Source: Felis catus
Lineage: Eukaryota
Assembly (NCBI RefSeq): GCF_018350175.1
Contig: NC_058373.1
Location: 107,944,001 to 108,008,000, forward strand
Direction: 5' to 3'
DNA length: 64,000 nucleotides
Made by a program: the position numbers and the translations under genes. Shown piece by piece: positions 53,698 to 64,000 of the stretch (positions within the stretch are counted from its first letter, which is position 1; the number at the start of each line of letters is the position of its first letter). The notes beneath the pieces were generated by a model that was given only the letters and a program-made list of their open reading frames with translations, was not told the DNA's origin and searched no databases.

Positions 53698-56600
53698 AGT
53701 AGTCCCTTTAATGTTTCTTATAAGGCCAGTTTAATGTTGATGAACTCCTTTAACTTTTATTTGGAAAATTACCATTCAAAATTGAAGAGATCAGGAATCT
53801 TGATGTTTAGAGTATTCTTGGTTTTAGGTTTTTATCTCTTGGCACTATGAATCTATCATGCTACTCCTTTCTGGTCTGCAAACTTTCTGCTAAAAAACCA
53901 GCTGATAGCCTCATGTAATTAACTAGTTGCTCCTCTCTTGCTACTTTTTCAATTCTCTATCTTTAATCCTTGACATTTTATGTGTCATGATGTGACACAT
54001 CATGGGTTCTTCTTGGGTTCATCTTGTTTGCAGCTCTCTGTGCTTCCTGAACCTGGATGTCTAGGGTTTTTCCCAGGTTAGGAAAGTTTTCAACTATTTC
54101 AACTATTTCTTCAAACAAGTTTCTGCCCATTTCTCTCTCTCCTTTCTTCTGGGACCCCTATTATGCAAATGTTTGTTTGTTTGATGTTATCCAAGAGATT
54201 CCTTCATCTTTTTTTTAATTCATTTTTCTTTTTGCTGTTAAGCTTGGGGGGGCTTTGCTTTCTCCTGTTCTAGATCTGTAGTGAGTGCTGACCAGAAGCA
54301 TCCTGATATACACCATTCTGGGGCCACCTTGGTGTGATAGCTGGGGCTGGTGTGGGCTAGAGGCCTGGGGCTCACTGAAGTAGAAGGTTCACTGAGACAC
54401 TGGACCTTGCTCTCCATGTTACCAAGGTATAAAGGGATTGTGAATAACACACACCAGCCCCTCCAACCTGGGGAGATTTTGTGTCTTGCCATTTGTCAGG
54501 GTTCTAGGGCTGGATGCTTTATATTCTAGTTGTGCTTTAAAATGGTGTTTTTTTCAGTGCTTCAGGGCAGGTGAATCTACCCAAAGTCCCTCCATAACTA
54601 TTCTTCCCCACTGTAGTTTGCACCATTGGGTATTCCCTTTATTATGTTATCATGTTCTGATCTTTTATTGTGCAGAAGCTGGTCAGTCAGTCCTCAGTTT
54701 CTCTTCAGGAGGAATTGCTTTGATAGGTGTAGATTTGGTATGTCCATGGATGAGGTCAGTTCACGGTCTTCCTATGTTGCCATCTTGGACCAGAAGCCCC
54801 ACCCCAGCATTTTTTCTATCGCTATCCCAGGTCTCAGAGCCATATAGAGTCAGTGAATGAAGCCAGCTAGGGTGAGGCAATAGGGAATGATGGGGCATGT
54901 GGCTAAGGATCATATGCTCCACCAAAAAAAAAAAAAAAAAAAGCAGCTACTGCTGCTAGACTTTAGGCCATTTATATCAAGAAGTATGGGTTTAGTGTTC
55001 CAGAACATCCTATTTTCCAAGAGAAATTGGAAAACCTGACTTTAAAGTTGACATTTCCTAGTTTTTAAATATTTGACAAGTAATTAAAATTATTTTAAAA
55101 CCTGTTGTGTGAGCCAAGTAAGAGGTCTGAGGCCTGGGGCTGGTCTTACAGCTATACTCTCTCTCTCCTTCTCCACAATCTTGCCTACCCTTTCCTCTCT
55201 TGCCCTCACACCAAATGTTGAGGTCTCAGACAGAGCTCTAATCCTGGCCTGATTCCTGGATTTACAGGACTAGTCATCTCCTGGGGATGTCTGCATACCT
55301 CAAATGCAAAGCTGAGCTCAGCATCCCAGATCTGTACACTGTTAGGTCTTGAGAAATGCTGGTTTTGTTTCATTCCCCCCAAGTACTGCTGTTACTGTTA
55401 CTATTTCTATTAATACTACCCACAATCTATTGCCTTTCTTTCATTACCTATCTCTGCTATCCAATACTACCCCTCCATCAGGCAGCCAGAGCAGACCTTG
55501 TGACCCTGCACTCCTGTTTGCCCCTTCACTGCAAGGCCAATAAGTGTGGGATTGTGTCCATTCTTCCACAAGCCTACTAGGACTTGCTCCTAACTTTTCC
55601 TTGCCACTAACCAGAAACCTTTCTAGTTTCTGAACTTTTCCAGTCTTCTCAGCTATTTTCTCAACCTCTTCACTGTTCACCTACCATCTCTTCGTTGACT
55701 GATTCAGTCCACTGTGGCTAGAGTCATCTCCTACCTCACCAGCTCTTACCACTCATCTTTCCATAGGATGTTGGTGGCTCCGATGGGCTGCCCCTCTCCC
55801 AGATCTTCAACCAGTCATACTGATTCAATGCACCAGTCATACTGCAGCATACCAGGTGTTTGCATGTAACTGTGCTGGCTCCTGGGAGCAACTGTCATCT
55901 TTGTTCATGCCTGCGTTCCTTCTATTCATCTACCTCCTCTCTCAGCAAATAGCTACCTCTTCCATGAGGCCATTACTTGCCTTCTCATGACCAGACCCCT
56001 CTTCCAAGCTCCTACACATTCTGCTCTTTTCATTCCACCCAGTTCTGATTGCCCATAAACTTTTCTGGCCTCTTCCCACTTCATGAGCTCCTCATGGGGA
56101 GACACTGTCTTTGTCATCTATATCCCCACAATAGCTAGGTCACTGCCTTGCATACAGTAGACACCACGTAAACCTTTGTAAATGGATCCCCCTTTTAAGT
56201 ATAGAATAGCTGTATCTAAAGGGCTTAGGACAATATATTAAAAGTCAAAACAAAACTGCTTGGTTATTCAGGACTTCCCAGAACCTAAGAGAAAGTATCA
56301 AGCTAGTGAAAGGGTTATTCTGACTGCCTCCATTTCCATTTTTAGAGGAAGAACAGTTGTGATTTGGTTTATTTTCCCTCACGGAGTTCCTTTCCACAGT
56401 ATCCCTTGGAAGCTTGGCTTCAGTGCCAAGGGCAAGGAAGAATGGACACTGGGCTTTTGCCACCCTGGCATTGAGAGCCATGCACTGTTCCTCTTGTCCA
56501 GAAGAACAAGTTGTACCCACACACAAGATGCCCTCTGCACTCATCATTGGCAGGCCTGGGAATTTCCCACAAGCCATCTGAGTCTGTTTTACCATCCTTG

Positions 56601-57411
56601 TAAATTAGCTCTTCAAATAGATGCCTACTCCATCAGGGATTGTATCCCATTAATGTTCCTAAGGAGGGAACCTACTCGTTTTTTCTTGTGTATATATTTT
56701 CCCCTTCCTTTCTGAATGCACAGGCTGAGCCACGAGAACCCAAGCAGCATGAAGACCTCACTTTTACAGAACTGAGCTATTTATGAGACATGTACTCCTA
56801 AATCCACATTGACCACTGTACATGCCTGGAGTGCTAACTGCCCCAATTGGATCAGTGTAGCTCTGAAAGCCCCTTTTCCTTTCGGGTTTCCCCTCTAGTC
56901 CACCATCACCAATGGCCTTGCATTCATTGTCAGTAGAAGAGAGGAAAAGCTATTAGACCCCATCAGCATCTGCATTTTTTTTTTTATTAGCTCCCTTGGA
57001 GGGCTTTTTAAATTTTTCTTCAGAGGTCTGTCCGGTCAGATTTGCTTAGGGCTTTTTACAGCCTTCTCCCTCCATTTTTATTCAAACCAACACTGGATTC
57101 GTTGCAGCTTTGGACACCTGGCCTGGCAGGGATGGCCACCTCCAAACACTACCTTTTCATATCTGCACACCTTCAACAAGCTTTCGACAAGGCTTTTCAT
57201 TTACTCTAGAAATTCCACTCTAAAGCAAGTTGTATGAACACAGCATTACTTTTGTGCTCACAAATCAAATTTGGAAAGCAGTGTTTGGGGGTGTTCTTAA
57301 AGATAACTTGATTTAAATTTTAAAACAACACTTCAAAATAAAAGTTGCCTTGGATTAAAAAAACAAAGTTAAATTATCTTACGTGTCTTTAAAATAAAAA
57401 ATCACATTCTT

Positions 57412-57650
57412 GGGGCTCCTGGGTGGCGCAGTCGGTTAAGCGTCCGACTTCAGCCAGGTCACGATCTCGCGGTCCGGGAGTTCGAGCCCCATGTCGGGCT
57501 CTGGGCTGATGGCTCAGAGCCTGGAGCCTGTTTCCGATTCTGTGTCTCCCTCTCTCTCTGCCCCTCCCCCGTTCATGCTCTGTCTCTCTCTGTCCCAAAA
57601 ATAAATAAACGTTGGAAAAAAAAATTTTAATAAAAATAAAAAATAAAATC
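57412..57650 (+). mobile_element. Young felid CAN-SINE (SINEC_Fc)
   Basis: ggggctcctgggtggcgcagtcggttaagcgtccgacttcagccaggtcacgatctcgcgg.... Perfect 14-bp TSD aaaaatcacattct at 57397-57410 and 57651-57664. Confidence 0.96.
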
Positions 57651-57827
57651 AAAAATCACATTCTGGCCCTGAAAATCTGAGTTCTCCTATACAAATTATT
57701 GGTTAAGACATGATCAGAACACCTTACTGGCCTTTTTGTCAAAGTAGACTTAGTTCCAAATACCTTGACAGGGGCTCAGCCTCAAGGGAGCTTCCCAGTT
57801 GATATGCAAAGGATTATAATAGGTAAG

Positions 57828-57925
57828 TATATATATCATATATATATATATATGATATATATATCCTATGTAATTATATATATATGATCCAGGTGTATAT
57901 ATGATATATATACGCCTATTATACA
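57828..57925. repeat. (TA)n-rich low-complexity tract
   Basis: Interrupted TA repeats, including a 36-bp perfect palindrome at 57828-57863. Confidence 0.9.
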
Positions 57926-58550
57926 CACATTGCTTAAATGGTCTAAGTAGGATTCTGAATCAAACATTTCAAAATGGGCAGGAGGAAAAGGAGCATCTTT
58001 GTTGCATAAAGAAAAGTGGCCAACTTTAGTTTTTTTGTTTTTTTTTTAAACTCTCACAGCTTCTTCCCACAGGTCTGCAAAAGAATGACTCTCCCTCTTC
58101 TCCCTGTGGTCTTGTCAGAGAGCGGGAATCCTGGCCGACTCGTCAGGGCCTCAAAAAATGGCACAGCTGTTCTTAAAAGTAGCCCTATTCATAAGCTGTG
58201 GGTTGTCTACAACTGCAGTGTGGGAGAAGGGCACACTATTTTATAAAGAGTCTCTTTAAAAGGGAAAGAAAAATACATGGTATTTACAGTAAAGAAAACT
58301 GGACCCTTCAGCTTTATTTTAGTGGCCACGTCTGAAATGGAAGTGGCGAAGGCCATAAATACACACAAGCAATTGTGCCTTAAGGGATGATTCATGTTGG
58401 CTGTCCTGCCCATAATGGAAAATTCAGCTTGTTAAGCAAGATCAGCCAGAAGGCCTCACATGGGCTCCTCTGCCAGAACTGATGCCTACCATCTTGTGAC
58501 ATACTTGTTGTAGATTATTGAATGATTGACTCTCTTTCTCCCCCTTTCAG

Positions 58551-58694
58551 TTCATGACCAAGAACCCCACCATGCGCCTAGGCAGCCTGACTCAGGGTGG
58601 TGAGCATGCCATCCTGAGGCATCCTTTCTTTAAGGAAATCGACTGGGCCCAGCTGAACCATCGCCAAGTAGAACCACCTTTTAGACCCAGAATC
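58551..58694 (+). CDS. PRKCH: Protein kinase C eta, penultimate coding exon (subdomain XI and start of AGC C-tail)
   Basis: Acceptor tctctttctccccctttcag|TTC and donor ATC|gtaagt; 144 nt, phase 0-0. Encodes [48 protein letters not shown], including the PxxP motif. Confidence 0.97.
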
Positions 58695-59999
58695 GTAAGT
58701 GCCCAAGACCGGCAGAGTAGACTTTCTTTCTTCAAATGTCTTTAAGAATCTGTTGAGCAATGGGATGGTCCCCTATGGAATAACTGAACCAGAAATTCAG
58801 CCTGACATTTTTCAGGGCAGCCTCACCCAGAAGGAGGTATGCCCTTGAAGCAGCATCTCTCCCTGTACAGGTTACTTCTCTCAAAGTTTTCACCTCTTGC
58901 TCGCCCTGGCCCCATCCTCTCTTAACCAAGGTTTGCACTTTCTGCCATCTAAGAGGCCTGAAAGGTTCCAGATTTCCCCAAACGAGTTGGAATGAGAAAT
59001 TTATTGTTCCTCTACAGTGTCCTCAAGCTCCTTAGGGTGGATTTCCCAAGCCCCCCCGAGAAGGAGAAAGGGTAGGAAAAGCACTGCCCTACCCACCTCA
59101 CCAAACCTGGCTCCTTGGCTTGGAGAGCCTGGGCCTGTATCAGTTACCGCAGCACAGAGCTCAGGCCAAACCCCTTTTGACTGGAGAAATGCTGGCAGCA
59201 CCAGGGGTACCTTCCCAAGCAAGGCAGCTGATCCGTGTAGCGTTCCTGAGGGTGGTCTAGCTCTTGGTTGGAGAACTAAGCTCTTTCTCATCCATGGGTC
59301 GAGATAGGAGAGAATGGCAGAAATGATCTTTTCAGCATTGGTTTATAAAGATGTAAAATATCAACATTTCCAACTGCACAGCTAGCTTAATCTGTAACAG
59401 TCCATAAGATTGGACACCAGACACCCAGCTGTAAAGCCACTTCCTTTAATGGGCCTCCCCCTGCCAACTCCTTGGGGATGAGGGAAGGCTTTGCCAGCAG
59501 GGCATCATGGCTCCAACTGGTGAATAAAGGGAGAGGCAGTGGTTTCCTAAACTCCGCACTTGCCCATCTTTCAAGAAAGATCTCTTCACACACATAGCCC
59601 TGTGTATAAACAATAGGTGAGGCAAGTGTGAACTTACACTCTGTTGACAACCAAGTGTGACCTGTTGAGAAGTGGCACCTTAGTGAAATGCAGAGTAAAG
59701 GGTGATAGAGACACCTGGATCAGGTGACCAAATTAATCGCTTTGCCTCCCAACCTAAGGCCGGCTGGCCTCAGTACGATTTTCATGGGGTTAGTGAACTG
59801 GTGGTTACCAAATGCCATACCATACACAGTGCAGCAGAATTACAATACAGTGCTCTTTAGCCATAACTGTCATAACTGTAAATAATGCTACTGAGAGACT
59901 TTCAGTGCCATTCTTGGACCTCCCTGGAACAGGCAGAGGCCCAGGGAAGATGAGGAAGTCTCATGTGCCCCCAAACTAATACTTGTTTCCTTTTGACAG

Positions 60000-60146
60000 A
60001 AATCCCGAGAAGATGTCAGTAATTTTGACCCTGACTTCATTAAGGAAGAGCCAGTTTTAACCCCAATTGATGAGGGGCATCTTCCTATGATTAACCAGGA
60101 TGAATTTAGAAACTTTTCCTTTGTGTCTCCAGAATTACAACCTTAG
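60000..60146 (+). CDS. PRKCH: Protein kinase C eta, terminal coding exon (NFD, turn motif, hydrophobic motif, stop)
   Basis: Branch-like ctaat and acceptor ttgtttccttttgacag|AAA. Encodes KSREDVSNFDPDFIKEEPVLTPIDEGHLPMINQDEFRNFSFVSPELQP* (TAG at 60144-60146). Absent from the ORF track; translated by hand. Confidence 0.96.
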   Translation, partial: KSREDVSNFDPDFIKEEPVLTPIDEGHLPMINQDEFRNFSFVSPELQP

Positions 60147-61240
60147 CCTTACAGAGAATGAATCACAAGGGGATACAGATTTTCCAGGAATTTCCTTTGT
60201 GGGGCATTCCCTAGTATCAGCCTTAGAACAAGAACCTTACCTTCAGAGAACGGGTGGAAAACTCTGAAGGACAGAACTTCAGCTCTTTCACGTCCCGAGG
60301 GAGCTGTGGTACTGGAAATAGTTGATACTGGAATGAGATTTCATGAAGAAATCTGCTCCTCCTAGGAGGTTCCATGGCTACTTTGGGCTTGGGATATCAA
60401 AAGGAATCAACTGAAGAGAAGGTGTGAAGAATCACCTAGATCCGAGAAAGTGAGCCACGGCAGCTTTTTACTTCCAAAGACAAATCAAGATTTCATATGG
60501 ACCACTCTGTGCTCTCCGTTAAGCCAGGGAGTCCCGAATACTAGCAGTGTGCCAGAAGTCTGTAAATGCTAATCAAGAATTTGAAGATAAGGAAATGGAC
60601 TATCCAGAGAGAATGATATACTCTGAGGAAACAAAAGAGCATCCGTCAAACAACTTCAAGCCCTATCTTGAAAACAGATGTTGGGCACCAGGACAACTGT
60701 TCCAGCTTCTGGTCTTATACTTACTTTAATGGATATTTATTGAGTGCCCAGTGAGACGGTGCCATGACACCAACTAATGCAAACAGACTTGTGTTCCCTG
60801 AACTTTCCTTCTCCAGTCCACTTCTTTACCTGAATGGTGTTTGCATTCTGTGAAATGCCGCCTCCACATTGCGTATATCATGCTTCTTTGTCCGCACATG
60901 ACTTTTTCCACGTAAGAGGGCTCGCGGCCACCACGGCAACTACTCCTCCCACCAGCAGGTGAGCTGGACACGTTTGCTGCCTGCTGACTTGTGAAATCTC
61001 ATTTTGGGACCACGTGTGGATACGGCTCTGAACTCGGTGAAGAATCGCACGCCACTCAGGACTCCTACATTAGGTTATTTAAGTTATATTTTAAGAGACG
61101 AATGTTTGGTATGCATTTTAATAATTAGAAATGGCTCTTATAAAAGGACATTTATCAAAAGAAGGACTTTATGTACTCATTATATGCAGTTGGAGAATTT
61201 TGTCTGTCTGGAAATAAACGCATTTTGTAGCAAAAGGAAA
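60147..61240 (+). other. PRKCH: PRKCH 3'UTR (3' end approximate)
   Basis: Repeat-poor sequence after the stop codon, with an AU-rich distal part (61070-61200), ending near the AATAAA at 61213. Confidence 0.75.
61213..61218 (+). terminator. PRKCH: Polyadenylation signal AATAAA of PRKCH
   Basis: Context ctggaAATAAAcgcattttgtagc, with U-rich upstream sequence and downstream ctttttgt. A secondary ATTAAA lies at 61292-61297. Confidence 0.7.
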
Positions 61241-61697
61241 CTTTTTGTCCAGGAGGATTTGTCCTATCCCCACTAGGAGAGGAGAGATCTAATTAAAAGT
61301 TCTAAGCAGAATGGATAGGGTCCTTAAAGCAAATACACAAAAGGTTAGTATAACTTGTGTGTCCCTTAAGTGGACATAGCCTATTACTGACCAAAACTTC
61401 TGTTCTGAGTCAGGGTGATAACTGCTAAACATTGCTGCAGTATCTTAGTGCCTAAGCATAATGTTTATGTGAATGAGAAAGTATAGTGCAAGTTCAATGG
61501 CCCGCTTCTAGCTTATAAATATGCCATCTGGAAAATATAGCAAGGAAGAAAGAGATGAAGGGGCACACATCAAATTGACCAGAACATGGCCTCCCTCTAC
61601 AAACAGGATGAGGAATTACAGAGCAGCTAAGGGGTAGCTAGCCAATATTGAAAATCTCTGTCCTGGGCTCTTTATTTATATTGCAAGCTAAAAAAGG

Positions 61698-61880
61698 ATG
61701 TTTATTTTTGAGGGAGGGGGGAGAGGGGAGGAGAGGCAGAGAGAGATGGAGACACGCAATCTGAATCAGGCTCCAGGCTCTGAGCTGTCAGCACAGAGCC
61801 CAATGCGGGGCTCGACCTCCCAAACTGCGAGATCATGACCTGAGCCGAAGTCCGATGCTTACCTGGCACCCAGGCGCCCC
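61698..61880 (-). mobile_element. CAN-SINE with very short tail, downstream of PRKCH
   Basis: Reverse SINE body ending cacccaggcgcccc; TSD-like ta(a/g)aaaagg. Confidence 0.9.
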
Positions 61881-63009
61881 TAGAAAAGGTCGTTTGAATC
61901 AATAGAGTCACTAGGAGCCTCCTTTTACTTTTGTTTAGCACGGAGCAGTTCACAGGCACACTCAACCTGCATAATTTCATTACATCTTCAGGTCATTCTA
62001 CCACTACTTCCAATGTGAATACCATGGGACCTTTTACAAATAAGAGAAAGACTCAGAAGTTTAGTTGGTTGCCCAAAGGTTTCAGACTTGGTAAAGGAAT
62101 GCATCTAGTCTAGAGTCCAAAGCTCGGAAGTTCTAACCCAACAGACTAATGGAAAGGGAGGGATTTTTCTATTTGCGGGGGTAGGGGGGTGAACGGGAAC
62201 TTTCATGGCTACATTGCAGCTCAATCTTCTAGTGCTGTGTGGAGCTGGTGGTCCACCCAATATGCTTTATTTCACACCGATAGAAGATCAACAAAGTATG
62301 CTTCCTGTGTTTGTTTACAAAATCCATTATAGCCCAAGGACCCAGATGTCCTCTTTAGTGAGTCTGAAATCAACTCGGCAGCTTTTCTCTTCATAACCTA
62401 TTCAAACCTGCTACCTGGATTCCCCTACAGTTGGCTTTAAGCCCATTCTTTTAATTCCAGGCCTACCCCATGGAACACCAATGATCATGCTATGAGATGA
62501 TTTCCAGTGCTTCTTCCTCCTCCCTCTTTTATGGGAGGGGAGAGAGAAGAGTTACAGGATATTTACCTAAAACACCAGGAGTCTCCAAGTCCAGGGTTAG
62601 GGCTCCCCTTCACATGTTTAATCCATTCTCCTTAATCTTCTATCCTGAGGATCACAAGGTCACCCGCCCATACTTCCTGCAATAGACTGGACACGAGCCA
62701 CTTGATCAGCAGATGCTGCGTCTGCTGGGGCTGCGGCGTTCCCCCAGCTCAGCTGACAGCATGGAGGTCAAGACAAGGTCACATTTACCCTTCCCTCCGG
62801 TTACCATCTTGCCTCTTGGATAAGGAATCTTGAAAAACCCTCAGGTCTTATCACCCTCCTGTCCTCATCCCCATGCCCATCTGTCCCTACTTGCCCAAGC
62901 TATTCCCCACTGAAGTAGACATGTGGGCTTGAGTCTTTAAAAGGAGACTAACTACAAGCACTTGCTTTGACTACAGAAGAGGTTTTCACTTAATAAGGAC
63001 TAACGTTTA

Positions 63010-63210
63010 GTTCATATTTGTTCTGTGTGAGGCCCTGTTCCAAACACTTTAAGTGCATTCACTCATTCAGTACCCCAAGTGGTAGGCACTCTCCATTGTA
63101 CAGATAGGGAAATTGAGGCACAGAGATTAAGGAACTTGTCCCAAGTCCTACAGCTAAAGCATTAATGTCAGGATTTGAACCAGGCAGTTGAACTCCAGAA
63201 TCCCTACTTT
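63010..63210 (-). mobile_element. MIR
   Basis: ccattgtacagatagggaaattgaggcacagagattaaggaacttgtcccaagtcctacagct...ggatttgaaccaggcagt. Confidence 0.78.
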
Positions 63211-63725
63211 TTTAGTCAAACTGGTGAGGGTCTTATATTAAGGCCAATTTTAGTTTTCCTACTTTTTGAGGTTTTGAAAATAAATAGGGTGTAAACCAGA
63301 ATTAGCAGGGAGCACTAGATAAAATACCAGCTGGGCAGGGCAGTATTAGTCATCCTGTCTGCAGAACCATTTAGCAGCAGGGAGACTATATGATTTGCAT
63401 GTAAAGGGCCTGGAACTGCTAATCCCCCCTCACAGGGCCTGGGGCAGGCCAAAGTGATGCAATCAGGGTCTGGGCCTCCCTACTGAGGAGGAAATAGTCT
63501 GAGTCATACTGAACCTTATAAACCCCATCTGAACCCCTAGGGAACCTCTGACCCTTGGTGGGGCTTCCAGTCCTTTCCTCACCACCCTCCCCACCACCCC
63601 AGAGGCACCTCTTGTTTCAGTAACATCTCGCATCCCCGCCATGGCATCACTGGGAAGAAGGCTTGTAGAGTGGAACCTACCTTGGCAGCTGCAGAGAGCT
63701 GATAGAGCTTAGTGGCAAAGAACAT

Positions 63726-63835
<110 letters not shown>

Positions 63836-64000
63836 CCATTTATCATTTATTGATCTTAACTGGGTGTATGTTGCCTTGAAAATATGTCAGCCACACATGA
63901 TTTGGCCTTGCCCCTATCGTGGGTCAACACCATAAAACTTTGTAATCTTTATTCCCAGATTTGGTCATCCTGATTGCTTAATCGGGCTGTACTGACTTAA

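Larger units (their letters stand above)
48768..54800 (-). mobile_element. Full-span decayed L1 (3' poly-A to 5' terminus), antisense to PRKCH, with three nested SINEs
   Basis: Poly-T at 48768. ORF2 remnants on the minus strand: KEIED..NKWKDIPCSWIG..NIVKMSMLPRATYRFN, and endonuclease-region GHYIIMEGS...TIVNIYAPN. ORF1-like sequence at ~53.7-54.2 kb. The 5' end reads ggggcttctggtcCAAGATGGCaac on the minus strand. Frames are broken throughout. Confidence 0.88.

Noticed and set aside
48768..54800. Active, retrotransposition-competent L1
   Set aside because: ORF1 and ORF2 are fragmented by stops, frameshifts and deletions, and are interrupted by three SINEs.
60144..60161. Stop-codon readthrough at TAG-C
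   Set aside because: The context is not the strong TGA-CTAG motif, and an in-frame TGA follows after only four codons (CCT TAC AGA GAA TGA).
60547..61276. ORFs in the PRKCH 3'UTR (60547-60729, 61004-61276)
   Set aside because: They have non-ATG starts, short length and no recognisable protein features, and the second runs across the poly(A) signal.

Overview
This is mammalian genomic DNA, almost certainly a felid: it carries many SINEC_Fc-type CAN-SINEs and carnivore L1s. The window holds the 3' part of PRKCH (protein kinase C eta) on the + strand. There are four coding exons with canonical GT-AG sites (31171-31309, 31937-32125, 58551-58694, 60000-60146), encoding the kinase C-lobe and AGC C-tail, then a ~1.1 kb 3'UTR with AATAAA at 61213. 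The first ~31 kb is the distal part of a large upstream intron. The rest is intronic or intergenic repeat content: about 25 CAN-SINEs, a full-span decayed antisense L1 with nested SINEs, two 5'-inverted (twin-primed) L1 insertions, a MaLR solo LTR with intact 5-bp TSD, MIR/L2 relics and microsatellites. Almost all ORFs in the supplied track are spurious. I found no evidence of a novel gene system. The most interesting observations are retrotransposon architectures and testable RNA-processing hypotheses (inverted SINEs around two exons, intronic polyadenylation, a possible poison exon). Repeat family names are from recognition, not from a database search, and repeat boundaries are approximate unless a TSD is quoted.
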